DNA of 64,000 bases from Gaiellaceae bacterium (GCA_035473635.1 DATIOD010000055.1:4685-68684), one strand, 5' to 3'; positions 54,038 through 63,225 are shown, numbered from the stretch's first letter. Notes: a model not told the origin generated them from the sequence alone. Numbers and translations: made by a program.

Positions 54038-55039
54038 ATGCGCCTCGGCTTCTACATGGGGTACGCGCAGCCGGGGACGAATCCGCTCGAGCTGATCGAG
54101 CTCGCGCAGGAGGCGGAGCGGCTCGGCTACGACTCGGCGTGGGCTGCGGAGGCGTGGGGCGTCGACGCCGTCACCCCGATCGCGTGGCTGGGCGCGCTGA
54201 CGGAGCGCATCAAGCTCGGCACCGCGATCATGCAGCTCCCGGGGCGGTCGCCGGCGAACGCCGCGATGACCGCGGCGACGCTCGACCTGCTCTCGGGCGG
54301 CCGGTTCCTGATGGGGCTCGGCACGTCGGGGCCGCAGGTGGTCGAGGGCTGGCACGGGCAGGAGTGGGGGAAGCCGCTCGGCAAGATGCGCGAGTACGTC
54401 GAGATCGTCCGGGCGGCGCTGCGGCGGGAGCGGCTCGAGCACCACGGCGCGCACTACGACATCCCGGTGCGCGGCGGCACCGGTCTCGGCAAGCCGCTGC
54501 GGTTGATGGCGCGCCCGCTGCGCGCGGAGATCCCGATCTACATCGCGGCGTTCGCGCCGAAGGCGGTGGAGCTCGCGTTCGAGATCGCGGACGGCTGGCT
54601 CCCGATCTTCTGGTCGCCCGAACAGGCGCGGGCAGTGTTCCCCGTCGACCGCGCGCGGCCCGGCTTCGACATCGCGCCGTGCGTCCCGGCGGTCGTCACC
54701 GACGACGTCGAGAGCGGGCGCGACGCGCTCAAGGCGTACTACTCCTTCTACATCGGCGGCATGGGCGCGCGCGGGAAGAACTTCTACAACGACCTGTTCG
54801 CGCGCTATGGCTACGAGGCGGAGGCGCGCGAGATCCAGGAGCTCTTCCTCGGCGGGCAGCAAGCCGAGGCGACCGCGAAGGTCCCGGACGCGTTTGTCGA
54901 CGAGGTCGCGCTCGTCGGCCCGAAGGAGCGGATTGCCGATCGCCTCGCCGCGTGGCGCGAGTCGGGCGCGACGAGCCTGCTCGTCTCGACACGCGACGTC
55001 GCCACGCTGCGTGCGGTGGCGGAAGCCGCAGGGGTCTGA
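54038..55039 (+). CDS. LLM-class (luciferase-like) F420-dependent oxidoreductase
   Basis: GYDSAWAAEAWGVDA, FLMGLGTSGPQVVEGWHG, TIM-barrel LLM pattern. Confidence 0.8.
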   Translation: MRLGFYMGYAQPGTNPLELIELAQEAERLGYDSAWAAEAWGVDAVTPIAWLGALTERIKLGTAIMQLPGRSPANAAMTAATLDLLSGGRFLMGLGTSGPQVVEGWHGQEWGKPLGKMREYVEIVRAALRRERLEHHGAHYDIPVRGGTGLGKPLRLMARPLRAEIPIYIAAFAPKAVELAFEIADGWLPIFWSPEQARAVFPVDRARPGFDIAPCVPAVVTDDVESGRDALKAYYSFYIGGMGARGKNFYNDLFARYGYEAEAREIQELFLGGQQAEATAKVPDAFVDEVALVGPKERIADRLAAWRESGATSLLVSTRDVATLRAVAEAAGV

Positions 55040-55064
55040 CCCGGGTCTGACCCGGGTCTGACCC
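55032..55064. repeat. 3 x perfect tandem 11-mer GGGTCTGACCC (near-palindrome)
   Basis: Copies at 55032, 55043 and 55054. The TGA stop of the LLM gene (55037-55039) lies inside copy 1. Confidence 0.92.
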
Positions 55065-55181
55065 CGCGCCGTACCGGCCGCGTCCGCGCGCGCCATGTCC
55101 ACCGGTGGCCGCTGGCGCCATGCCGCGACCGGACCTTTCGCGGCGATGTTGCAGGCGTTTCGGGTCGGCGGCCGTTACAAA

Positions 55182-55203
55182 GGGTCTGACCCGGGTCTGA
55201 CCC
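55182..55203. repeat. 2 x tandem GGGTCTGACCC, same family as 55032-55064
   Basis: Copies at 55182 and 55193, 117 nt downstream of the first array. Confidence 0.92.
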
Positions 55204-55234
55204 CGGCGGTTACGCCGACGTCGGCGGTTACGCC
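55204..55234. repeat. 2 x CGGCGGTTACGCC direct repeat (18-nt period) containing the palindrome GCCGACGTCGGC
   Basis: Copies at 55204-55216 and 55222-55234. The second contains the stop (TAA, 55228-55230) of the minus-strand kinase gene. Confidence 0.85.
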
Positions 55235-56262
55235 TCGAGCGCCTCGAGCGCCGCCGCGGCGAGGGCGGGGACGCCGAGCTCGAAGATCGCGGCGCGGGAG
55301 TCCTCGGCGCCCAGCTCGCCGCGGACGTAGCGGCCGTAGATCGCTTCGCAGAAGACGGCGGCCTTCCAGAGCGCGAGCGCCTCGAACCACGCGAGCGGGC
55401 CGAGGTCGCGGCCGCTCCGCTCCGCGTAGCGCGCGACGAGCTCGGCGCGCGACGGGAAGCCCTCCGACGCGGTGACCGGCGACGAGCCGAGCGCGCTCGG
55501 TTTGCCGCCGGGCTCGCTGTAGGTCGCGAGCAGGTAGCCGACGTCGGCGCGCGGATCGCCGATCGCTCCCATCTCCCAGTCGAGCACCGCCTCGATCCGC
55601 GTCGCCTCGGCGCGCGCGACCATCATGTTCCCGAGACGGTAGTCGCCGTGGACGACGGTCGTCGCGATCGGATCCGGCAGCGACGACGTGAGGCGTCGGC
55701 CGACTTCCTCGACGTCGGGAATCGGCCGCGTCTGATTCACCCCCCAGAGCTCCGCGAAGCGACGCACCTGCCGCTCCGCGTAGCTCCCCGGGCGGGCGAA
55801 TGCTGCGAGCTCGGGCGACGTCACGTCGACCGCATGGATCTCGACGAGCGCGTCGACGAGGTCGTCACCCAGCCGCCGGCGCGCGGCCCGGGTCTCGAGG
55901 CCGGCCGGCAGCTCCTGCGTGACGACGTGACCGTCGAGGAACCGCATCACGTAGAACGGGACGCCGAGCACCGACTCGTCGTCGCAGACGGCGACGATCT
56001 CCGGCAGCCTGCCGAACCCGCCCGCGCGGATCGCGAGCTGCAGCTTCGCCTCGCGCACCATGTCGTGCGCCGACCTCGGCAGCGGCGGCCGCGGCGGCCG
56101 CCGCAGCACGTACCGCTCGCCGCCGCGCTCGACGAGGAACGTGAAGTTCGAGCCGCCGCCGTCCCCGATGCGCGTGAACGCCGGCGGGCCGGCGCCGAGG
56201 CCGTGTGCGTCGAGGAACGCTTCGACGCGCTCGGGCACGATCAGCGGCGCCTGCTCGGCCAT
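55228..56262 (-). CDS. phosphotransferase (APH/choline-kinase-like) family protein, ACAD10/11 N-terminal-kinase-like
   Basis: YVLRRPP, VVHGDYRLGNMMV, LDWEMGAIGDPRADVGYLL. Confidence 0.82.
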   Translation of the reverse strand: MAEQAPLIVPERVEAFLDAHGLGAGPPAFTRIGDGGGSNFTFLVERGGERYVLRRPPRPPLPRSAHDMVREAKLQLAIRAGGFGRLPEIVAVCDDESVLGVPFYVMRFLDGHVVTQELPAGLETRAARRRLGDDLVDALVEIHAVDVTSPELAAFARPGSYAERQVRRFAELWGVNQTRPIPDVEEVGRRLTSSLPDPIATTVVHGDYRLGNMMVARAEATRIEAVLDWEMGAIGDPRADVGYLLATYSEPGGKPSALGSSPVTASEGFPSRAELVARYAERSGRDLGPLAWFEALALWKAAVFCEAIYGRYVRGELGAEDSRAAIFELGVPALAAAALEALEA

Positions 56263-56274
56263 CGACTCGCGATG

Positions 56275-57114
56275 CTACGCGGCCGCGATCGCCGCCACGC
56301 CACCGAGCGCGACGGCGACGCCGAGCTGCTGCGCGCGCGTCAGCCGCTCGCCGAGGATCACGTGGGCGAGCACGACGGTCATGACGGGATAGAGCGAGCC
56401 GAGCACCGAGACGAGCGCGAGCAGCCCGTGGCCGCTCGCGAAGGCGAAGAGCGCATTCGCCGAGACGTCGGCAAGCCCGACCGCCGCGACCGCGGCGAGG
56501 GACGCGTGCGGGATCCGCGCCGGCGCGCGAAGCGCAGCGGCCACGACGACGAGCAGCGCGAGCGAGCCGACGCGCGCGCCGACGAGCGTCGACCAGGGGT
56601 CGCCCTCACGGCTGCCGAGCCCGAGGAAATAGACGAAGAGCCCGAGCGCGACGGCCGCGACGACCGCCAGGACGATCGCCCGCCCACGCTCGGGCGCCGC
56701 GGCGCGGCGCTCCTCGGTCGAGGCGAGGACCGCGCCGGCGAGTGCGGCGCACGCGCCGACCAGCGCGATCGCGCCCGGGCGCTCGCCCGTCGCGAGCGAG
56801 AGGCCGAACGGGACGACCGCGCCGCAGGCGGCGACGGGCGAGACGACGCTCATCGTCCCGAGCGACAGCGCCCGGTAGAACGCCGCGAGCCCTGCACCGC
56901 CCCCGAGGCCTGCCAGTAGGCCGATGGCGAACGACCGGCCGTCGATCGTGCCGCGCACGGCGAGCACGACGAGCAGCGCGGCGAACCCGGCCGCCTGCGA
57001 GACGATCGTCACCCCGAAGACCGGCAGCCGCCGCGTCAGCAGCCCGCCGGCGAAGTCGGCGGATCCCCAGACGACCGACGACCCGAGGGCCAGGACGAGC
57101 GCGAGGGCGCCCAC
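56275..57114 (-). CDS. EamA/DMT-family transporter
   Basis: 10-TM protein with two EamA-like halves (VVWGSADFAGG...). Confidence 0.75.
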   Translation of the reverse strand: MGALALVLALGSSVVWGSADFAGGLLTRRLPVFGVTIVSQAAGFAALLVVLAVRGTIDGRSFAIGLLAGLGGGAGLAAFYRALSLGTMSVVSPVAACGAVVPFGLSLATGERPGAIALVGACAALAGAVLASTEERRAAAPERGRAIVLAVVAAVALGLFVYFLGLGSREGDPWSTLVGARVGSLALLVVVAAALRAPARIPHASLAAVAAVGLADVSANALFAFASGHGLLALVSVLGSLYPVMTVVLAHVILGERLTRAQQLGVAVALGGVAAIAAA

Positions 57115-57126
57115 TGCGGCCGGGCG

Positions 57127-58272
57127 CTAGAGGCGCTCGACGAGCATGGCCATCCCCTGCCCGCCGCCGACGCACATCGTCTCGAGCCCGATCGTCGCGT
57201 CGAGCGTCTCGAGGTCGTTCAGCAGCGTGTTCATGATGCGGGCGCCCGTCATCCCGTACGGGTGGCCGAGCGCGATCGCTCCGCCGTGCGGGTTCAGCTT
57301 CTCGCCGAAGGGGTCGATGCCGAGCTCCCGGCACACCGGCAGCACCTGGGCCGCAAACGCCTCGTTGAGCTCGACGACGTCGACGTCGTCGATCGTCATG
57401 CGGGCCTGACCGAGTGCCTTGCGCACCGCCTCGATCTGGCCGACGCCCATGATCTCGGGCTCGACGCCCGACACGCTCGAGGCCAGGATGCGCGCCCGCG
57501 GCTTGATGCCCAGTTCACCGGCGCGCTGCTCCGACATCACGACGACCGCGGCGGCGCCGTCGTTCAACGGGCACGAGTTGCCGGCGGTGACCTTCCCACC
57601 CGGCTTGAAGGCCGGCTCGAGCTCGGCGAGCTTCTCGATCGTCGACGACCGGCGCGGCCCGTCGTCGGCCACGGCCCCGTTGTAGGCCGTGAGCTCCCGC
57701 TCGAAGAAGCCGGAGTCCTGCGCCGCGACCGCGCGCTCCTGGGAGCGCTGCGCGAAGCGGTCCATGTCCTCGCGCGAGACGTCCCAGCGCTCCGCGACGT
57801 TCTCGGCCGTCAATCCCATCGGGATGTAGACGTTGGCGATCGGCGCGTCGTCGCCGAACAGCGCGGGATGCAGCTCCTCGTGCGACTTCGGGTACCCGTC
57901 GACCTGCGAGATCGACTCGACCCCTGCGGCGACGAACGCCTCGCCCTCGCCCGCCTTGATCGCGTGGAAGGCCATCCGGATCGTCTGGAGGCTCGACGCG
58001 CAGAAACGGTTGACCGTCGTGCCCGGGACCGTCTCCGGCAGCCCGGCGAGCAGGGCCACGCGGCGGCCGAGATTCATCCCCTGGCGGTCCTGCGGGAAGC
58101 CGCAGCCGACCATGACGTCGGCGATCTCCTCCGGCGACAAGCTGGGGACCTTCGCGAGCGCGGTCTTCACCGCGAACGCACAGAGGTCGTCGGGCCGTAC
58201 GTCGACGAGCGACCCCTTGGCGGCACGACCGATCGGCGTGCGCGCGGCGGACACGATCACGGCTTCAGGCAT
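57127..58272 (-). CDS. acetyl-CoA C-acyltransferase (thiolase)
   Basis: VNRFCASSLQ (active-site Cys), NPHGGAIALGHPYGMTGAR, CVGGGQGMA. Confidence 0.92.
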   Translation of the reverse strand: MPEAVIVSAARTPIGRAAKGSLVDVRPDDLCAFAVKTALAKVPSLSPEEIADVMVGCGFPQDRQGMNLGRRVALLAGLPETVPGTTVNRFCASSLQTIRMAFHAIKAGEGEAFVAAGVESISQVDGYPKSHEELHPALFGDDAPIANVYIPMGLTAENVAERWDVSREDMDRFAQRSQERAVAAQDSGFFERELTAYNGAVADDGPRRSSTIEKLAELEPAFKPGGKVTAGNSCPLNDGAAAVVVMSEQRAGELGIKPRARILASSVSGVEPEIMGVGQIEAVRKALGQARMTIDDVDVVELNEAFAAQVLPVCRELGIDPFGEKLNPHGGAIALGHPYGMTGARIMNTLLNDLETLDATIGLETMCVGGGQGMAMLVERL

Positions 58273-58291
58273 GCGCGGACTCTAGTGAAAC

Positions 58292-58320
58292 GAGAAGGGC
58301 CGGCAGTGCCGGCCCTTCTC
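58292..58320 (-). terminator. 13-bp perfect hairpin downstream of the Liv-type operon
   Basis: GAGAAGGGCCGGC-AGT-GCCGGCCCTTCTC, 25 nt after the stop at 58345. On the minus strand it is followed by GTTTC (short U-tract). Confidence 0.65.
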
Positions 58321-58344
58321 GCGAATCGAACTGGTTCGGTCGGG

Positions 58345-59589
58345 CTACTTGCCGCGGCCGTTGATCAGGCTGCCGAACGGCACGAAGGTGTTGTTCTGGT
58401 ACTTGACCAGCGTCACCTGTGAGATCGGGTACTGATCGCCGCCCCTCGTCTGCTCGATGATGCCGGGCAGCGAGAACGGGTTCCCGTTCTTGGTGGCCGG
58501 GCTGAACGTGTGGTTGCGGGCGACCTTCATCAGGCCCGCGCGCGTGAGGTTCTTGCCGGCCAGTTTCAGCAGCTGCACGGTGGCCCACGCCTTCGAGACG
58601 CCGTACAGGTTGAGCGGATCGTTGGCGTTCCCCTTGGGGTCGTACTTCGCCATGATCGCGCGGTAGAGCTTCATCCCGGGCGCCTTGTTGTAGACCGGAT
58701 TGCTCGGGTCGAGCCCGTAGTTGGTGGTGATCGTGCCGGCGGTGATGTCCGAGCCGGACTTCGTCGCGATTGTCAGGAACGTGTCCGTCGCCGAGACGGA
58801 GTTCGTGAACACGTTGGTCGGGTGCCAGCCGAGCTTCGTCGCGATCACGTACGACTGGATCGTCCCGGTCGGCGTGATGAAGATCACGAGCGTGTCGGCG
58901 CCGGACGCCTTCAGCTTCGCGATCTGCGCCGCCGGGTTCGGCGACGTCACGTCGAAGGGCTCGGCGTCGACGAGCTGCGGCAGGTTCTCCTGCGTCAGGC
59001 CGGCCTTGAGCCCACGCAGGTAGTCGTTGCCGTAGTCGTCGTTCTGGTACACGACGCCCACCTTCGCGTTCGGGAGCTTGCTCGCGATGTACTTGCCGTA
59101 GATCGCACCCTCCGCCTCGTAATCGGGCTGCCAGCCGAGCGTCCACGGGTACTCGCTGAAGTCGCGATCGAACGTCGTCGCCCCGGTGGAGACGTAGAGC
59201 TGCGGGACCTTGTTGTCGTTCAGGTACTGGCGGACGGCGGTCTGCGGCTCCGTGCCGAGCCCGCCGACCAGCGCGAACGCATGGTCCTGCTCGACGAACT
59301 GATGCGTGATCTGCACGGTGTTCGCAGGGTTGTAACCGTCATCCTGGTACTTCCAGATGATCTTCCGTCCGTTCACGCCGCCGTGCGCGTTGGCGTACGA
59401 GAAGTACGCGCCCATGCCTGCCGGGATCGGGGCGTAGCCCGAAGCGGGCCCACTCAGGGGGAACGTGCCCTCGAGCAGGATCGTCTTCGCCGTCACGCCC
59501 GGGGTCGCCGTCGGCGCGGCACCGGCCGTCATCACGACGGCGGCCGACGCAACCAGCGCCAGGGCGAGTAGCAGGGACGTTCTTTTCAT
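58345..59589 (-). CDS. branched-chain amino acid-type ABC transporter substrate-binding protein
   Basis: ATG 59589 within ORF 58345..60627. Signal peptide MKRTSLLLALALVASAAVVMTAGAA. LivJ/K-like periplasmic binding fold motifs. Confidence 0.8.
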   Translation of the reverse strand: MKRTSLLLALALVASAAVVMTAGAAPTATPGVTAKTILLEGTFPLSGPASGYAPIPAGMGAYFSYANAHGGVNGRKIIWKYQDDGYNPANTVQITHQFVEQDHAFALVGGLGTEPQTAVRQYLNDNKVPQLYVSTGATTFDRDFSEYPWTLGWQPDYEAEGAIYGKYIASKLPNAKVGVVYQNDDYGNDYLRGLKAGLTQENLPQLVDAEPFDVTSPNPAAQIAKLKASGADTLVIFITPTGTIQSYVIATKLGWHPTNVFTNSVSATDTFLTIATKSGSDITAGTITTNYGLDPSNPVYNKAPGMKLYRAIMAKYDPKGNANDPLNLYGVSKAWATVQLLKLAGKNLTRAGLMKVARNHTFSPATKNGNPFSLPGIIEQTRGGDQYPISQVTLVKYQNNTFVPFGSLINGRGK

Positions 59590-59684
59590 GCGTGGTCTCC
59601 TTTGGGGGAGTCGCCTGGGGGGAGTGCTCGCCGGATGATAGGCGGGCGACGGGGTGAATTGAAGGCCAGTTCTCGGACCGGCAA

Positions 59685-60671
59685 TTAGGCCCAGCGCGCC
59701 GTGAGGCGCCGGACGAGGCCGGCGACGCCGGCCGGCGCGGCGAAGAGCACGAGCAGCAGCACGAGCCCGTAGATCACGAGCGGCGAGCCGGGCGCATGCG
59801 TGTTCACCTCGAGGCTCGTGATGCGGCTCAGAAGGTGGACGAGTCCCGGGCCCCAGCTGATCCGAATGAACTCGACGAAGAGCGCCCCGAAGACCATGCC
59901 GCCGAGCGAGCCCGCGCCGCCGATCACGACACCTGTCAGGAGGAGGATCGAAAGGTCGATCGGAAACGTGTCGGGGTTCACGTACGTGATTCCGATCGCG
60001 AACAGGCCGCCGGCGATCCCGCAGAAGAACGCGGAGATGCCGAACGCGGCCGTCTTGATCGCCGTGACGGAGACGCCGTTCGCGGTCGCCGCCACCTCGC
60101 TGTCGCGAACCGCGCGCAAGGCGCGGCCTAGGCGGCCGCTCACGACGAGGTAGGCCGCCGCCAGCATCACGAACGCGATGATCCATGAGACCACGTAGAG
60201 CCACAGCGACGGGTTCGTCTTCAAGCCGAGCTCGGCGTGGAGCTGCGGGAGCGACTTGCCGAGCGTGCCGCCGGTGAAGCCGTTGAAGTGCTTGAGCAGG
60301 CCGATGAACGCGAGCGGGATCGCGAAGGTGGCGAGCGCGAGGTACGGCCCGGAGAAGCGGGTCGCCGGGATGCCGAACGCGACCCCGACAAGGCCCGCGA
60401 CCAGACCGGCGAGCGGGATCGTCCAGAGGTCGCGCCATCCGTGGTCGACGACGAGGATCGTGGTCGTGTACGCGCCGATCCCCATGAAGGCGCCGTGGCC
60501 GAGCGAGATCTGCCCGGTGAAGCCGGTGAGGATGTTCAGCCCGAGCAGTGCGATCAGGTAGATCCCGACGAACGCGAGCTGGTAGACGCGGTAGTGGGTC
60601 AGCAGGAACGGCGCGGCGATCACGCACACGACGAGCGCGGCGACGCCGATCCAGCCGAGCGGCAGCCTCAT
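59685..60671 (-). CDS. livM: branched-chain amino acid ABC transporter permease
   Basis: ATG 60671 (ATGA overlap with the upstream stop). LNILTGFTGQISLGHGAFMGIGAY. Confidence 0.82.
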   Translation of the reverse strand: MRLPLGWIGVAALVVCVIAAPFLLTHYRVYQLAFVGIYLIALLGLNILTGFTGQISLGHGAFMGIGAYTTTILVVDHGWRDLWTIPLAGLVAGLVGVAFGIPATRFSGPYLALATFAIPLAFIGLLKHFNGFTGGTLGKSLPQLHAELGLKTNPSLWLYVVSWIIAFVMLAAAYLVVSGRLGRALRAVRDSEVAATANGVSVTAIKTAAFGISAFFCGIAGGLFAIGITYVNPDTFPIDLSILLLTGVVIGGAGSLGGMVFGALFVEFIRISWGPGLVHLLSRITSLEVNTHAPGSPLVIYGLVLLLVLFAAPAGVAGLVRRLTARWA

Positions 60672-61552
60672 ACGCGCCGGACGACCTCCTTCCCGAACAG
60701 GCCCGCCGGCCGCAGCAGCAGCACGATGAGCAGCACGAAGAGCGCGACCGGCAGCCGCAGCTCGGGCGTGACCCAGTCGACGTACGTCCCGAGCAGGTTC
60801 AGCGTGACGCCGAGCGCGAGGCCGCCGACCACGGCGCCGACCGGGCTCTCGAGGCCGCCGAGGATCGCCGCCGCGAAGGCGTAGATCAGCACCGCTTGCA
60901 TCATGTTGGGCGTCAGGAACACGCTCGGCGCGACCATCATCCCGCTCACCGCACCGAGCACGGCCGCGAAGCCCCATCCGAGCGCGAGCAGCCACGACGT
61001 CCGTACGCCGAGCAGGCGCGCGGCATCCGGGTTCACGGCGCCGGCCCGCATGCCGAGGCCGAGCTTCGTGAAGCGGAAGAACGCCCACAGCACGAGCACG
61101 CACGCCAGCACGACGCCGAGCGTGCCCACGTCCTGCTTGGAGATGTGCACGCCGCCGATCACCCAGGTGGTCGGCGGGAACGGGCTCGGGAAGAACTGCA
61201 GCTGCGGCGACCAGATCCACGCGGCCAGCCCGTTGAAGATCACGAGCAGCGCGATCGTCGCCATCACCACCGTGAGCACGCTCGCACGCTCGAGCGGCCG
61301 GATCACGACCCTCTGCACCGCCACGCCGCCGACGAACGCGATCAGCAGCGTGGTCGCGAACATCCACCAGTACGGAAAGCCGTGGTGGGTGTAGAGCGAC
61401 CAGGCGATGTACGTGGTGAACATCGCCATCTCGCCCTGGGCGAAGTTGATCACCTCGGTGGCCTTGTAGATGAGCACCAGCGCGAGGGCGAGCGACCCGA
61501 AGATCGCGCCGTCGGCGAGGCCGGAGACCAACTGCTGGAAGAACTGCTGCAT
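60668..61552 (-). CDS. livH: branched-chain amino acid ABC transporter permease
   Basis: MQQFFQQLVSGLADGAIFGSLALALVLIYKATEVINFAQGEM. Confidence 0.85.
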   Translation of the reverse strand: MQQFFQQLVSGLADGAIFGSLALALVLIYKATEVINFAQGEMAMFTTYIAWSLYTHHGFPYWWMFATTLLIAFVGGVAVQRVVIRPLERASVLTVVMATIALLVIFNGLAAWIWSPQLQFFPSPFPPTTWVIGGVHISKQDVGTLGVVLACVLVLWAFFRFTKLGLGMRAGAVNPDAARLLGVRTSWLLALGWGFAAVLGAVSGMMVAPSVFLTPNMMQAVLIYAFAAAILGGLESPVGAVVGGLALGVTLNLLGTYVDWVTPELRLPVALFVLLIVLLLRPAGLFGKEVVRRV

Positions 61553-61559
61553 CTGTCCG

Positions 61560-62258
61560 TCAGTACCCCAGATACGCGGTGCGCACCGAGTCGTCGGCCT
61601 TCAGCTCGTCGGCGGTCCCGGCGACCGCCACCGCGCCGGTCTCGAGCACGTACGCGCGCCGTGCGGCGGTCAGCGCGATGGCGGCGTTCTGCTCGACGAC
61701 GAGCACCGCGAGCCCCTCCTTCTCGTTGAGGTCGGTGACGACGCGGTACACCTCGCGCGTCACGAGCGGCGCGAGCCCGAGCGACGGTTCGTCGAGCATC
61801 AGCAGCCTCGGCCGCTGCAGGAACGCGCGCGCGAGCGCGAGCATCTGCTGCTCGCCGCCCGAGAGCGTCCCCGCCTGCTGGTGGCGGCGGATCTCGAGCC
61901 ACGGGAAGTAGGCGAGCACGCCCGCGAAGTCGGGGCGGCGGCGGTGCATGTACGCGCCCATCCGCAGGTTCTCCCAGACCGACAGCTCCGCGAAGATGCC
62001 GCGACCCTCGGGAACGTGGGCGATGCCGGCGCGCGCGACGGATTCGGGCGAGCGCCCGAGCCGCTTGCCGGCGAGCGTGATCTCGCCGTCGCGGCGCACC
62101 GTCCCGGAGACGGCGCGCAGCGTCGTCGTCTTGCCGGCGCCGTTCGCGCCCAGCAATGCGACGATCTCGCCTTCGTCGACCGTGACGTCGATCCCGCGCA
62201 GGGCCTGGATCTGCCCGTAGCGGGCCGAGACGCCGTCGAGCTCGAGCAGGGGTGCCAT
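61560..62258 (-). CDS. livF: branched-chain amino acid ABC transporter ATP-binding protein (LivF-type)
   Basis: ATG 62258 (MAPLLELDGVSARYGQIQALRG). Walker A GANGAGKTT, LSGGEQQMLALAR, LMLDEPS. Confidence 0.85.
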   Translation of the reverse strand: MAPLLELDGVSARYGQIQALRGIDVTVDEGEIVALLGANGAGKTTTLRAVSGTVRRDGEITLAGKRLGRSPESVARAGIAHVPEGRGIFAELSVWENLRMGAYMHRRRPDFAGVLAYFPWLEIRRHQQAGTLSGGEQQMLALARAFLQRPRLLMLDEPSLGLAPLVTREVYRVVTDLNEKEGLAVLVVEQNAAIALTAARRAYVLETGAVAVAGTADELKADDSVRTAYLGY

Positions 62259-62280
62259 CGGGGGAGCTAGCTTCTCACGC

Positions 62281-63207
62281 GTGGTCGCGCTCGAGGAAGG
62301 CATCTGCCGCATCACGCTCCCGCTGCCGTTCGGGCTGGACCACGTTCACTGCTACCTCCTGCGCTCGTCCGGCGGGTGGACCCTCGTCGACACCGGCCTC
62401 GGCGCCGACGACCCCGCGGCTCGCTGGCGGCCGATCCTCGACGAGCTCGACGGCCCGCTCGAGCGCATCGTCGTCACGCACATGCACCCCGACCACGTCG
62501 GCGGCGCGCGCGACGTCGCAGCGCTCACAGGTGCGCAGGTCGTGCAGGGGCGGGAGGACTACGCGCAGTGCCTCGCGGCGTGGGGGCCGGGGCGCTCGGC
62601 CGCGCGCCTCGCCGCGCACTGGGTCGCGAACGGGATGCCGGCAGTGGACGTCGAGAACGTGATCCGCGAGTCCGACCGGCTCGCGTCCGCGATCCACTGG
62701 AGCGAGTCGCCGCAGCTGGTGGACGACGGCGATGCCGTCGACGGCTGGCACGTCGAGGTGCTCCGCGGTCACGCCGACGGGCACATCGTGCTCTTCCGCG
62801 ACGGCGTCCTGATCGCGGGCGACACGATTCTCGGCGGGATCACCCCCACGATCGGCCTGTACCCCAACTCGCGGCCGGACCCGCTCGCCGACTACTTCGA
62901 GACGCTGCGCCGGATCGAGGAGCTCGCCCCGCGGATCGCCTACACCGGCCACAAGGATCCGATCGCCGATCCTGCGCGCCGTGCGCGCGAGATCCGCGCG
63001 CACCACGAGGAGCGCCTCGACGCGGCGCTCGACGCGCTCGACGGCGAGCCGCGTAGCGCGTACGAGGTCTCGCTCGAGCTGTTCGGCAGGACGCTGTCCA
63101 CCGTCGAGCGCCGGTTCGCGATCGCCGAGGCGCTCGCGCACCTCGAGCGCCTCCGCGCCGACGGCGCGGTGTCGCGCGGCGATGGCGGTGGGTACGTGCG
63201 CGTCTGA
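62281..63207 (+). CDS. MBL-fold metallo-hydrolase
   Basis: VVTHMHPDHVGG, GHADGH. Winged-helix-like C-terminal tail. Confidence 0.8.
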   Translation: MVALEEGICRITLPLPFGLDHVHCYLLRSSGGWTLVDTGLGADDPAARWRPILDELDGPLERIVVTHMHPDHVGGARDVAALTGAQVVQGREDYAQCLAAWGPGRSAARLAAHWVANGMPAVDVENVIRESDRLASAIHWSESPQLVDDGDAVDGWHVEVLRGHADGHIVLFRDGVLIAGDTILGGITPTIGLYPNSRPDPLADYFETLRRIEELAPRIAYTGHKDPIADPARRAREIRAHHEERLDAALDALDGEPRSAYEVSLELFGRTLSTVERRFAIAEALAHLERLRADGAVSRGDGGGYVRV

Positions 63208-63225
63208 CCGATACCATTTGCGGGC

